Positions 17,560 to 35,037 of a stretch of DNA of 64,000 nucleotides are shown here, in pieces. The stretch lies in assembly GCF_009914755.1 (NCBI RefSeq), contig NC_060932.1, one strand, 5' to 3'. A program made the position numbers and the translations under genes. Position 1 is the stretch's first letter. Each line of letters opens with the position of its first letter. The notes beneath the pieces are model-generated. The model ran no database searches and was not told the DNA's origin. It saw nothing but the letters and a program-made list of their open reading frames with translations. This DNA comes from the human T2T-CHM13v2.0 reference genome, Homo sapiens.

Positions 17560-19100
17560 GACCGCGGGGTCCGGGCTCAGGCAGCCCTTAGCGCCCAGGC
17601 TGGGTCCGGCTGTCACCACCCCGAGCGTCCTGCGGCAGCCTCCCTTGCACGAAAAGCCTTCGGTGCTGCAGGGCTGGGGAATGCTGACACCCAGTCCGTG
17701 CCCAGCTGGAGGGCAAGGGAGGACACCTGGGGTGGGTGCCGACCCCCGCAGGTCCTGTCTCAGCCCTTCCAGTCCGGGGCGCGGAGCCAGGGCGCTTGCG
17801 CGTCCTCCGTGTGCGTCCTGCTCGGCGCGCCTCGGAAGCAGCGGGACCTGCGGGGACGCCCGCGAACTCAGGGAAAAGTCCCAAGGCGGCGTTCCCAGGG
17901 TACCCCCTCTTCCACCCCAGGGACTCTGCCCGGGAAAAAGCTTCCGCAGGGAGCCCGGCGGAAGTGGGCGGAGACGCTCCTCCCGGCACTGAAGGAGTTA
18001 CGCGTTCAAACCAGAAGGGCGCGAAAAATGGGGCCATCTTGCTCCGCCGCGGCTGGCGGGCTCTGGGTTCCCCCTGCGACGGAGGTGGCCTCGAAGGGCC
18101 GCGTCCCGCCCCGTCCTAAACCCCGAAGCGGAGTCGCCGTCCTACAGGGCCGCGTGGATGCGGAGCCCTGTCCCCCTCCCCCCGCCACCCCTTCTGCGAG
18201 CGGCCTCCAAGTCGCAGGGTCCCCCTGGACGGCCGGGGGTCGGGGGAGAGCCCGGGCGCCCCCAGACTTGCGCTCAGCACATCTTGGCATCGCAGCACTT
18301 TGCAAAGCTTGTGATGGAAGGAAGGGCGGATACATCTCCCCTGCTTCTGCGAGGGGATCTTGCATGCGTGGGGCGGGGGGATCGTGCATGGGCGGGAGGA
18401 AGTCAAGCACCAGTCGGGAGGGGGGGGACCGAGCATGGGTGGAGGAAAATCATGCATCCTTGGGGGGATGGTGCATGCGTGGGCATCTACTAAGGACGGG
18501 AGGACGTGCTCTGCAGGTGGGATGGCCACCACCGTGCGTCACCGGCGCGCAGTGCTGGGCGCAGGCTGGGGCAGTGCCCGCCCGGGCATAGGCAGCCTGT
18601 GCGGCTCCCGGCGCCGGGGTGGGGTTAGGGGCTGCAGGGGTGAGCACAGCCTCGGGCTGCCGCACTCACGCGCGCTCTGCTCGGCCGCCTGCAGCAGGGC
18701 CGAGAGCCCCAGGAGCCTCGCGTGCATCTTCCGTGCCGACCCCGCAGCCTGCGCCCGCCCCTTCCCCTGCACGCGGCCCCGCGTCGGGGAGGTTTCCGGC
18801 CCGGGGCCCGACTGCGGGTGGCATTTCTGGCTAAGCCGTTAGGCGCGAATTGTATGTCTGGTTTATTCGTAGTGGCCAGCAGGGGAGGGAGGGAGGATGC
18901 TTGGGGTTTCTGGCTTCCAGGGTGGGTGGGGACGAGGTGGTGGAGTCCAGCTCAGGTCCGGGCTCCTGATAAGGGCAGAAGCGGGTTCTGCGCTGCCCCC
19001 AACCCTGTAACCGCCAGGAAAGCGCTTGGTGAGCGTCGGGACTGCGCAGGTTCCTCGGGAGGTGGCTAAACTGGCCACCGCCTCTGGGGCCGCCTAAAGC
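17560..19100. promoter_or_regulatory. CpG island / GC-rich promoter of XKR5
   Basis: High GC and CpG density against the CpG-depleted flanks, with GC boxes; overlaps XKR5 exon 1. Boundaries estimated by eye. Confidence 0.88.
18670..18727 (-). CDS. XKR5: XKR5 (XK-related protein 5) coding exon 1, MHARLLGLSALLQAAEQSA
   Basis: ATG at 18727 in context AAGATGC inside a CpG island. Donor C|GTGAGT at 18669. 58 nt, phase 1, joins exon 2 in frame (CGC=Arg20). Confidence 0.93.
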
Positions 19101-19439
19101 AAGTCCGTTAACCACTAGTCAGGGAGGAATACTGTGTTTGAGTAAATATATGTAGAGTTGGGTTAGAATCATTGATTGGGTCTTTTTGAAATCTTACAGT
19201 TCTGTGTCCAGAAAACACAGGGCACGTTACCCGGTATCGTGGTCTACACCTCGCCCACAAATCCATCCCAGGCTGTATCCTCATGGAAGCTTTTTCCAGA
19301 TGTGCTTGAGGGTTAAGATCGCAATGTGCAAGAAGAAAAAGTGCACATTGGAAAACCTTCTCTTCGGAGATATCTATATCTATATTTATATATATTTACA
19401 GATATGGAGATATATACACACACGTATCTGAAAACATTC

Positions 19440-19911
19440 TGACGTTTTAAAAACGGTAAGACAGACTTTTATTCAGAACCATTTCCTTAGATGTAAGGGA
19501 CTGCACTGAGGTTTTGCAGCAGGGGAGAGAGATTGGGGTCCGAAAATAATAAGGAAAAGTGGGGATTTATAGCCAAGGAGCAGTGTGGGGGACGGTGGAT
19601 GGAAAGTCATTGAGAAGGGGACATCAAGTGGGGGTTCTGGCTTCCCTGACCTAACAGGATTCCTGCTGAGGGTGGGCCAAGTTGATCCACATCGGGGATG
19701 GGGGTGGGGTGGAGCAGGTGTTGGAATTTGGTCAGATATGGAGGGTATTCAGACACCTGAGGTGGGGAATTGGGATTAAACTGACTTAGCAGGATTCTTG
19801 CTAAAACTAGACTCTGCAGGAACAGAGGAAGGAATGCCCAGGTTGGGCCCAGTCGTGCAGAGAGCTCGGAGGAGGCTGTCCAGAGTCTGATCAGGGAGAC
19901 ATTCTTTGTCA
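19440..19911 (-). mobile_element. MER31-like LTR
   Basis: Minus strand begins TGACAAAGAATGTCTCCCTGATCAGACT; AATAAA near 19470. Confidence 0.6.
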
Positions 19912-19929
19912 TTCATGTATATACCCATA

Positions 19930-20471
<542 letters not shown>

Positions 20472-20867
20472 AGAGAGAGAGAGAGAGAGAATTTGAATAG
20501 TCCAGTGAGTGTTAGAGAAATTAAACTGGTAGTCAAAGACTATTCAGGTCTAGGTACTTTTACAGATTAATTCTGCCAAAGTTTCAATGAACAGTTAACT
20601 GCTACCTAATATAATTTGCTCCAGGAAACAAAGACCGAACTTTACCCAGCTTATTTTAAAAGACTGCTGTAGTTTTGATTGTAAACAAAGATATACATAG
20701 AAAGAAAATTATTTTAATGACAAGCACAGATGCAAAAATCCTAGGTAAAATGATAAATTCAAAATATATTAAAATAGTATTATATGATAAGGTGGGTTTT
20801 ACTATGAATTTTCACAACCCAGAAATCCTTTGATGTCACTCCATTATCATTTTGAACAAGAAAAATC

Positions 20868-21143
20868 CTTTTTTTTTCTTTCTTTCTTGAGGCAGTCTAG
20901 CTCTGACATGAGGCTGGAGTGAATAGGCGCAATCTTGGCTCACGGCAACCTCAACCTCCTGGGTTCAAGCCCTGTTCTCATGTCTCAGCCTCCCAAGTAG
21001 CTGGAATTGCAGGCGTGTGCTACCAGACTCAGCTAATTTTTGTATTTTTAGTACAGATGGGGTTTCTTCATGTTAGCCAGGCTGGTCTCGAACTCCTGAG
21101 CTGAAGTGATCTGCCTGCCTCGGCCTCCCCAAGTGCTAGGATT
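20868..21143 (-). mobile_element. AluS-like element
   Basis: Reverse-complement Alu consensus. Confidence 0.88.
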
Positions 21144-21383
21144 GAAATAATCAAATGATTTTTCTTGGTTGGGCACAGTGGCTCACAGATAAGAAGACAA
21201 GCATGCTCAGTATCACAACTACTGTTTAATATTGTGTTGGAGGGTATACCTAATGTATAAGGAAACTGAAGGAAATAAGATCATGTAACTAGCAGAAAGG
21301 AAGGGTGAGACACTCATCATCTACAGATGCTTCTCTACCTAGAACAATCAACCTTGTCAAGCTGATGAAATAGTTCAAAACGT

Positions 21384-21743
<360 letters not shown>

Positions 21744-22814
21744 CTATACAAAACTGGAAAAATTAAGATAGTTGTAATAGTTAGAATGTCTATAAAGTGC
21801 TTAGGAATTGATTTAAAACATACATAAGATTTGTCTGGAGCACACCATAAAACTCTAATAAAGAATATAAGAAATGATCTGAGTAGATATATTCTTGTTT
21901 TTGATTCAAACAGCTTAATAAAATTGTCAATTCTTCCTTAATTAATCTATACATTCAGTGGAAACTTATTAAAAATTCCAAAATGATCTTTACGAAACTT
22001 GATAGACTTACTCTAAAATGTGAATGAAGAGAGGAGGTCCACAAATTAGCCGACTTTGTGAAGAAGGATAAAGAGGCATTTGTACCCTTCTAGATATTAA
22101 TATATATCAAGAAAAAGTCATGTTTATAGAACGTTATGGTATTGGCACAGAACAGACAAAAAATCTATAGAATGCAGTGGAGAGCTCAGAAGCTGACCTA
22201 CAAATACATAGAACTTAAAATATATGACCAATAGCGGCACCACAAATCAATGGAGAAATACAAATTGTTTAGTGAATGTGTGATAAAATGAGCTCATTAG
22301 ATCCAAACAATAAAAGTAGATCTCCACCTAGCGCATGCCCACAGGTGGACGCCATGTAGAGTAAAGACCTACATATGAAAGATAAGAGTTTAACAGAAAG
22401 AAGTACAAAAAATAGCAGAATATTTTTATGACTTAGTAATGGAGAAGGATGTCTTAAACAACACCTCAAAACACAAACCACAAGGGAAAAATGGATTGCA
22501 TTTTTTTGTGTGTAACAACTGAAGCCTTCTGTTTAGTGAAGGACCTTGTGGACGTTAACGGACAGAAGTTAGATACAGTGGGAGAAGTGTTTTGCAATGT
22601 CTCAAACTGACAAGTCATTAATATATGAAATATACAAGTAACTCCTATATTTCAACAAAAACGAGGAGGCAGCAACCTCAGTAAAAAAGGGGAAAAGGCA
22701 ATTTATGGAAGAGAAAAACCCGAAAAGGCCTAATTTACTGAAGAAAATGTTTCCAAACTGAAGATAATTTAAGTGATGCTGAAACCTATCAATATTTTAA
22801 AAAGTGCAAAGTGA

Positions 22815-23119
<305 letters not shown>

Positions 23120-24038
23120 TGACATCACATTACTTCTTTAGATTGGCAAAAATTACAAACTGGGTGATGCCTAGCCTCAGTAGCCACATAAGGTCCCAGG
23201 CTCCAGGGACCTCTGGCACTGCTGCTGTGATTAGAGCAGTTCAGGTTAAGTGTGGTACAGTCTGATTAAAAATCAGAAGCAGCGTCTTCATAATTAAGGC
23301 AATTCTTATTTTAATGTTGGGCATACATTTTCTAATCTTTATCTGTCTATCTTTTCTGTTACATTAATGAAATAAGAATGAGCCTTGAAGTTAATATTCT
23401 GCATTTTACACTCAATGTATCAGGAATACATTCAAATATTCGTATAGTACTTATTATTGTCAGCAAATCCTACGCAGCTGAAGATTTTATTTGTTTACCT
23501 ATTTTTGTAGTGTTGATACCACTGCAACAACCATTTGGGGAACACAGTTCCTCCACTGTCCTCTGCTGGAATGTTTACTTTTAGATAAATTTCCAGGAGT
23601 ACGTTATGAGAAATGAGAGTAAACGGAATGTTTTGGCTCTATAAATTTGTAGCAATAGTTGAAGGAGTTGATGTGGAAGATACTGGTGTCTTCTGTGGTC
23701 GCTAACCCTGGGATGATCCACGAGCCAGTCGGGCCACCCACCTTCTTAAGCATCCCTCTTCTAGTGCGTAGGAGAAAGCCATGGTTGCCAAGGCTTTTCT
23801 TGCCCCCTCCTCCAAGCCATGTAAACTAATCGTCCCTCAAGCCCATCCGGACCCTGTAATGCCATGGCTTGTTTGCACCTGCATAGATAGCAGATCATGA
23901 GAGTGTGCACAGCGTATAATGCCTTCTCAGTGCATGTTGGGTGTATGAATGAATAAGTGAATAAACAAGTAAGTGAATGAATGAAAGCAAGCAGCCAGGA
24001 AGCGCTGCAGCTCAGTCTAGTCTTTTCCCAGGGCAAAC

Positions 24039-24057
24039 ACCCAGTAGGTGGCGCTGT
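24039..24057 (+). promoter_or_regulatory. Candidate CTCF site CCAGTAGGTGGCGC
   Basis: Matches the core consensus CC[AG][CG][CT]AG[GA][GT]GGC[GA]; motif only, no binding evidence. Confidence 0.55.
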
Positions 24058-26249
24058 TGCACCGGCGGTTGCAAACCCTCAGAGCACGTTTAAACAGAGC
24101 TCTCTGACTCTGGGACAGAGGATGTGGAAAACCTGTGTCTTCAAATCACGTCATTAGGTTTGAAGATGACTTAATGTGAAAATAAATGTATTTTAACGTC
24201 ATTAAAATAATCCTTAGTACTTTAAAATCTCAGCTAGCTTCTGAATGCTTTGGGAATACTTTCTCCATAGTTAACTGCACACAAGCCCGTGGGGTGGGCA
24301 GGGCAGGTATTTGCTCTCTGAGATCCAAAGAGGGCAGTTTCTCGGCTGGTAGAGGCAGAGCTGGATGCAGAGCCAGGCACAGAGCCAAGGCGCGTCTGAC
24401 CCCAGTCCAGCGGGATCTCCTGCAAGCCGCAGTGTTTCCAGAGGCGCACTTCAGTGTGTGGAGTGAAGGGAGAGTCTCCGGACATGAGAAGAGCTGCTCT
24501 GAGCAGTGTGGCGGCCGTTTTTGTTTCCTTTCTCTTTCTCCTCCTGGGGCTAGGCAGACACCGGGCACAAAGAAGGAAACAGGCCTTCTGTGAGTGCAGC
24601 AGCAATCAATAAAGAAGCAGCCCAGAGCGGCCATCCCTCTTCTGTCTGCTGTGACGCTCCGGCCCAGGTGTCCCTGGGGCTGCCCTCCCCAGGGCCTGTG
24701 TGTTGCATATATGGGGTGGGGTGAGGGCAGCTGGAATTGAGGTGGGGACCCTGCAATTGTGAGGGGCTGCGTGGCAGAGGTGGGCGGCTCTCGCAGGCCT
24801 CTTCCTGGACACTTGCACCCCCTCATCCTGCTCTCTTTTTCTTCCTGCACTTACATCATCTCATTTGTTTATTTTCTCATTGTCCGTCTCCCTCTACAGG
24901 AGCACCAGAGGAGGGGGACTTCATCTGACTTGTTCAGCACTGTCTCCCAGGCCCTGGCACAGAGGGAGCACTCGATACACACCGATGGGCTGAAGGTGTG
25001 AATGGATCTGGGGACTAGAGTGATGGTTATTTGGCAGACAGCATGCCCCGCCTGGGCAGTAGCCGTGAAGACTCTTCTTTTCCTCTCCTCGCCTGCACTC
25101 TTTAGGATTGAACAGCATTGGTTCAATGCATATTCTGGGAGCACAGAGAAAAAAGGGATCAAGTTCCACCATTATGCAAAAGGGACTCCTGTAAGCCAGG
25201 TGAAGAAGGGGCAAGGCCCTTCTTGGTCAGCAGGGATAAGGCAGTTGTGTATGGGAGAGCATGCGAGGAGGGCGAGGGCTGGGGGAGATGGAGCAGGAAC
25301 ATTTGGTTGGGGCTCTGAGGCACTCTTCTGCTTGGGGAGTGTGTGGGCAAAGGCAGGGGCTGTGCAGGAAGGATTTAGCTAAAGCCATAAAGCTGGAAGA
25401 GGGTTTGGGGAACGGCTTTGAAGTTACATTTGTTTTGCAAGTTCTTTGTTTTTATTAATGTTTGCATGTTATTTGGGTAGCTGTAGGGAGTAGGTTTTCG
25501 GGGAGTTAAAGTGCACTCTCTCACCCCTCCTTCAGTCCTACTACTGCCCCTAGATACACAATCACCTCAAGTGACTTTCACGTCACCAGGAATGGGCAAA
25601 GTCTAGATTTTGGAACAGAAAATATTTTAGGTCCCCGTCCCTCTCTGTAACCAATAACCAATGCCATATAAATGGAAAAGTATAAAGAAGTCCAGAAATT
25701 CTTATTTTCCCCTCAACGACTAGTCATGCATGACATTTTAAAACTAATACTTCACTGGCATCAGAGCTCCTGGGCTGTGCTTGATCAAACAATTGGGATC
25801 TGGCTCTGAAGCACATCCTTGATCCGTACGGATTTTTGTCAGAGAATCTTCCGCTTGAAAGGCAGTGTTCGGGGTCTTCCAAGGCACACTGAACTACGTT
25901 AAGCCCCTCATACACACCCAAAGTACGTAAGGCAGAAGGAACCTGGATACCCTTTGTGGTTGATGGTGAGGCGGGCCACCACTGTGGCCCTGAATCCCCC
26001 ACTGAATCACACCCTTTGTGATCTGACTCTGCAGCTCTTTCCATCTGCAGTGGTGTCTGTTTCCCCAGCTCAGGAATCTAGTTGGCTTTTTGACTTGTTT
26101 TGACCAATAACAGCAGCAGAAGGGGCCAGTTATGAAGCTAGGCCTCAGGACACCTTGCGCGTGGCTCTACAATTCACATTGCCTTGGCGGCAGCCAGCCT
26201 CCAGTGGACCTGGAAGCTAACTGCAGATGCAGGGGTAAGCCCGGTGGGA

Positions 26250-26548
26250 AGGGCTGAGTTGTGTGCACCCGAATTCCTATGTGGAAGTCCTAACTCCCAG
26301 GGCCTCAGAATGTAACCGTATTTGGAAATAGGGTCTGTGCATAGCTTATTAAGTTAAAATGAGGCCTTTAAGGTGGCCCCGATTCAGTAGGACTGCTGTC
26401 CTTATAAGAAAAGGAAATTTGGATACTGACACACACATGCACCAAGGGACGAACACACAAAGATACAGGAAGAAGGCGGCCATCTAGGAACCAAATCAAC
26501 CCTGCGGATAACCGGATGTCAGACTTCCAGCCTCTGGGACTGAGAGAA
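26250..26548 (+). mobile_element. MLT1-type MaLR LTR (partial)
   Basis: cagaatgtaaccgtatttggaaatagggtc...gacttccagcctc. Confidence 0.75.
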
Positions 26549-27591
26549 GTAACCTGAGGTTACTCTTCACGCACACACAGTATTCCTTCCTTCTCTGCGT
26601 CTAGATACATGTCTCTCCCAAATAAGCATCGTAATCGCCATTCCTAAATCCAGCACCTGGTCATTTATTTATTTTCAAGAGGTAATACGGTAGAATCTTT
26701 AGAGCTAAAGTGAGCGTTCTATTTCGCTCTCCAGGTTTCCTGTGCTCAGGTGATCTTCAGCCCGTCACAGGCCCTGGCTGCATTTCTTTCTTCCACTGTA
26801 GGAGGAACCAACGGGGATCTGCTGTATTGTGCAAGAAAATATACATTGGCCGCCATTCTGGAAGCACTCAGGGGTTTTCGAAGGCATTGGCCATGGCCTG
26901 TGGGGAGGGAAGTATATTTCAGCTCCTCAGCTGACAATGGTATTCCCTATGAAGCCCGCACTGCGGTCTGTGTCAATCTGTGCCACGCTGTCGGTGGTTC
27001 TTGGCTTGCAGGACAGCCTCAACTCTAAAAATGCCAGATTCCATAGTATCTGCCCCAAATGCTGACTCTTAGCTCCCTCTTGCACCCCAGCTTCCAGTCC
27101 CTGCTAAAGAGATAGAATGGGGTGGAGATTCCGTAACAGGAATCTCTGCAACCTTCTATGAGTGTGAAGACAAGCCAGAGCACAGCCCCTACTTGCCCTG
27201 CGCATAGAAGGGCAGGAGGCACTGGGCAGAAAGAGTGGACAGGACTCCTCGGGGGACTGGGACCCCATAGGCCACTGAGATACATCCACGGCCTCAGGAG
27301 GCCGGCATGGTGGGCCGGCTTGGCGGGAGAGGAGGCAGAGAATACAGAAAACAGAAGCCGGAAAGCAACAGCAACAGAAACACCGCCACTACCTCCAATG
27401 TCTGTGATGCTTTAAGAGGCTCTTCCTGAACCTAGCCTCAGGTGTCATCAATGAAACCCTCTGTGCCACGTGGGGTTTTTATTCCTGTTTTACAGAGACA
27501 GGGTTGAATTTGAGGACAACTCAGTTACTCGCAGGAAGGCCCACTGCGAGTGAGTGTCAGAGCTGGGAACCACACACTGTACTTTGGCTCC

Positions 27592-27708
27592 CAGGCCGAG
27601 CCCTCTTCTGTATCCTGCACTTTCTCGCAGGCTGAGCCCTCTTCTGTATCCTGCACTTTCTCGCAGGCTGAGCCCTCTTCTGTATACTGCACTTTCTTCC
27701 AGGCCGAG
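27592..27708 (+). repeat. Minisatellite, ~3.2 x 36 bp (CAGGCTGAGCCCTCTTCTGTATCCTGCACTTTCTCG)
   Basis: Counted directly. Confidence 0.93.
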
Positions 27709-28528
27709 AAATGAATCAGGTGGGAAATGAGCCCTGGGGACAGGTGCCTCCTATGAGGCAGTTATCTGCAAGGCCTATTTCTAGCGCTAACCATATCTGC
27801 TGTCCTAAAAGCCTGGCTCATTCCTTTCACTGTCTCCCTGGTAAGTCGGTTCTTGTTCCAGGGAAGCAACCCTCAGTCTAAAGAGATCCTGGAGGATGTC
27901 TCAGTAAGTTAAAAAAATATATAAGCATTTTCCTTGAGTCTGTATTATTTTGATCCTCTCCCTGATGCTCAGATTTATTACTTATTTCTAGACCCTGAGC
28001 CGTTGTCAAAACACAGCTTAATCCCCATTCCCTGGGCCCGAGACCCTGCAGCCCCCACGCTGCCCGGCTTCCGGTCTTACCTGGGGCAACCTGACCAACA
28101 AGAACGCGGAAGGCCAGGAGCCAAAAACAGAGACTCCTGATGGGTAACAGAAGGAAAAGGTATGTGCCCTGCTGAGACCACGAGGCTCGCTGGAAGAGCC
28201 TCTGTTTATACTGCTTCTGGCTGCTTACACAACAGATCTGGAAGTGCTGCCTGTTATGAGACTTAATTATAGAGAATGATTCTTTGTTTTTAAATTTTTT
28301 TATTTCTTTTTTATTTTATTTTATTATTATACTTTAAGTTCTAGGGTACATGTGCACAATGTGCAGTTTAGTTACTTATGTACACATGTGCCATGTTGGT
28401 GCGCTGCACCCATTAACTCGTCATTTACATTAGGTATATCTCCTAATGCTGTCCCTCTCCCCTCCCCCCACCCCACAACAGTCCCTGAATGTGATGTTCC
28501 CCTTCCTGTGTCCATGTATTCTCATTGT

Positions 28529-32354
<3,826 letters not shown>

Positions 32355-32417
32355 TGTGATGTTAGCTGGTTATTTTGCTCATCAGTTGATGCAGTTTCTT
32401 CCTAGCCTTGACGGTCT

Positions 32418-33368
32418 TTACAGTTTGGCATGTTATTGCAGTGGCTGGTACCGGTTGTTCCTTTCCATGTTTAGTGCTTCCTTCAGGAGCTCTTTTAGGG
32501 CAGGCCTGATGGTGACAAAATCTCTCAGCATTTGCTTGTCTGTAAAGTATTTTGTTTCTCCTTCACTTATGAAGCTTAGTTTGGCTGGATATGAAATTCT
32601 GGGTTGAAAATTCTTTTCTTTAAGAATGTTGAATATTGGCCGCCAGTCTCTTCTGGCTTGTAGAGTTTCTGCCGAGAGATCCGCTGTTAGTCTGATGGGC
32701 TTCCCTTTGTGGGTAACCTGACCTTTCTCTCTGGCTGCCCTTAACATTTTTTCCTTCATTTCAACTTTGGTAAATCTGACAATTATGTGTCTTGGAGTTG
32801 CTCTTCTGGAGGAGTATCTTTGTGGCATTCTCTGTATTTCCTGAATCTGAATGTTGGCCTGCCTTGCTAGATTGGGGAAGTTCTCCTGGATAATATCCTG
32901 CAGAGTGTTTTCCCACTTGGTTCCATTCTCCCCGTCACTTTCAGGTACACCAGTCAGATGTAGATTTGGTCTTTTCACATAGTCCCATATTTCTTGGAGA
33001 CTTTGTTCATTTCTTTTTATTCTTTTTTCTCTAAACTTCCCTTCTCGCTTCATTTCATTCATTTAGTCTTGCATCACTGATACCCTTTCTTCCAGTTGAT
33101 CGCATTGGCTTCTGAGGCTTCTGCATTCTTCACATAGTTCTCGAGCCTTGGCTTTCATCTCCATCAGCTCCTTTAAGGACTTCTCTGCATTGGTTATTCT
33201 AGTTATCCATTCGTCTAATTTTTTTTCACAGTTTTTAACTTCTTTGCCGTTGGTTTGAATTTCCTCCTGTAGCTCGGAGTAGTTTGATCGTCTGGAGCCT
33301 TCTTCTCTCAACTCGTCAAAGTCGTTCTCCATCCAGCTTTGTTCCTTTGCTGGTGAGGAGCTGCATTC
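32418..33368 (-). pseudogene. L1 ORF1 remnant lacking its N-terminus, with premature stops at 33063-33065 and 32433-32435
   Basis: Peptides SSSPAKEQSWMENDFDEL...; REKRIKRNEQSLQEIWDYVKRPNL...YPAKLSF. Confidence 0.93.
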
Positions 33369-33929
33369 CTCATATATAAATGCAGAAATCACCTGTCTTC
33401 TGCGTCGCTCACGCTGGGAGCTGTGGACCAGAGCTGTTCCTATTCGGCCATCTTGGCTCCACCCGAGAATGAATCTTATCTGCACAGGGAGTGCTTTCCG
33501 ATTGAGCAGCTCCATTCCTACCCTTCTGCTGGCCAGCCACACGTTTAGATGGGAAAGACCTCATATTTAGCTCCAAGGGTGGACGCTTGGCCCACATACC
33601 TGACCACAGAGGTCAATGGGCCTCAGGGAACACAGACAGCCAGGGCCAGAAGAGGGATGGAAATGTCTGTCAACTTCTCATTTAAAGAATTTGAAGGTGA
33701 TCTCTGTTGTGGCCCTGCACAGAACCAACCTGCTTGGTGCTGACTTCTGCAGTGAGAAGTCAGCTCACTGCAGAAGTTAGTACCAAGTATCCACCTGTTC
33801 CACAAAGCCAGATTCTAGGACAGCTGGTGACAGACAACTCAGCGAGGGGAGACCAGGGGCCCAGGGCAGGTCACTGCAAGGGGAATTCCCACACACCAGA
33901 ACCCACTTCCCACCATACACTTCCCATAG

Positions 33930-35037
33930 CTGCACATGTATGTTTGCACTCATACATGCACACACACACACACACATGCATACCCAGTCACACTGGAAGA
34001 TGCACACATGAACATACATGCCTGCCTGCACACACCTACATGCACATACACCCCATACACACACCTGCACATGCACACCTGCGCATATACACACATGCAC
34101 ACCTGCACACACCTACATGCACATGCACCCCATACACTCAACCTGCACATGTGCCTCTGCACATATACAGACATGCACACCTGCACACATATGCACATGC
34201 ACCCCATACACTCATACCTGCACATATACACATATGCACACTTGCACATAGACACAAATGCATACCTGAACACACCTATATGCACACACACACCACATAC
34301 ACTCATACCTGCACATGTGCCCCTGCACATATACACACATGCACACCTGCACACACCTACATGCACACACACCCCACACACTCACTCCTGCACATGCGCA
34401 CCTGCACATATACACACATGCACACCTGCACTTCCTGCACCTGCATGCACACACACCCCATACACTCCTGCACATGCACACCTGCACATATACACACATG
34501 CACACCTGCACACACCTACCTGCACATGCACCCCATACACTCACACCTGCACTTGTGCCCCTGCACGTATACACACACGTGCACCTGCACACACCTACAT
34601 GCACGCACACACCCCATACAATCACACCGGCACATGCGCACCCGCACATATACACACATGCACACCCACACACACACCTATATCCACACACATCCTGTAC
34701 ACTCATTCCTGCACATACACACACATGCACACCTGCACACACCTACATGCACACTCGTACCCTCAAATGCAGATGCACACTTGCACAAATACATGCACAC
34801 TTGCACACACTCATACATACACTTGCACATGCACACGTCGATACATGCACACCTGCATAAACCTACATGCATACGTGCACACTTATACACTGATATACAT
34901 GCAGATACACATGCACACCTGCACACACTCAAGCATGCATGCACGCACACCCCATACACTCACACACATCCACATGCATATACATGCACACCTGCAAACA
35001 CCCACGCCCACATATGCACACACACACACACACACAC
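33930..35037 (+). repeat. Complex CA/TA/TG-rich alternating purine-pyrimidine repeat with ~75-90-bp higher-order unit
   Basis: ccccatacac recurs at about 34051, 34128, 34202, 34456, 34531 and 34612, with variants at 34293 and 34372. Confidence 0.92.

Noticed and set aside
17588-19115. Many overlapping ORFs up to 297 aa
   Set aside because: Expected in a stop-poor CpG island; only the 58-nt XKR5 exon fits a spliced gene.
26548-26564. Palindrome AGTAACCT-G-AGGTTACT at the end of an MLT1 fragment
   Set aside because: 8-bp arms are expected by chance in 64 kb.
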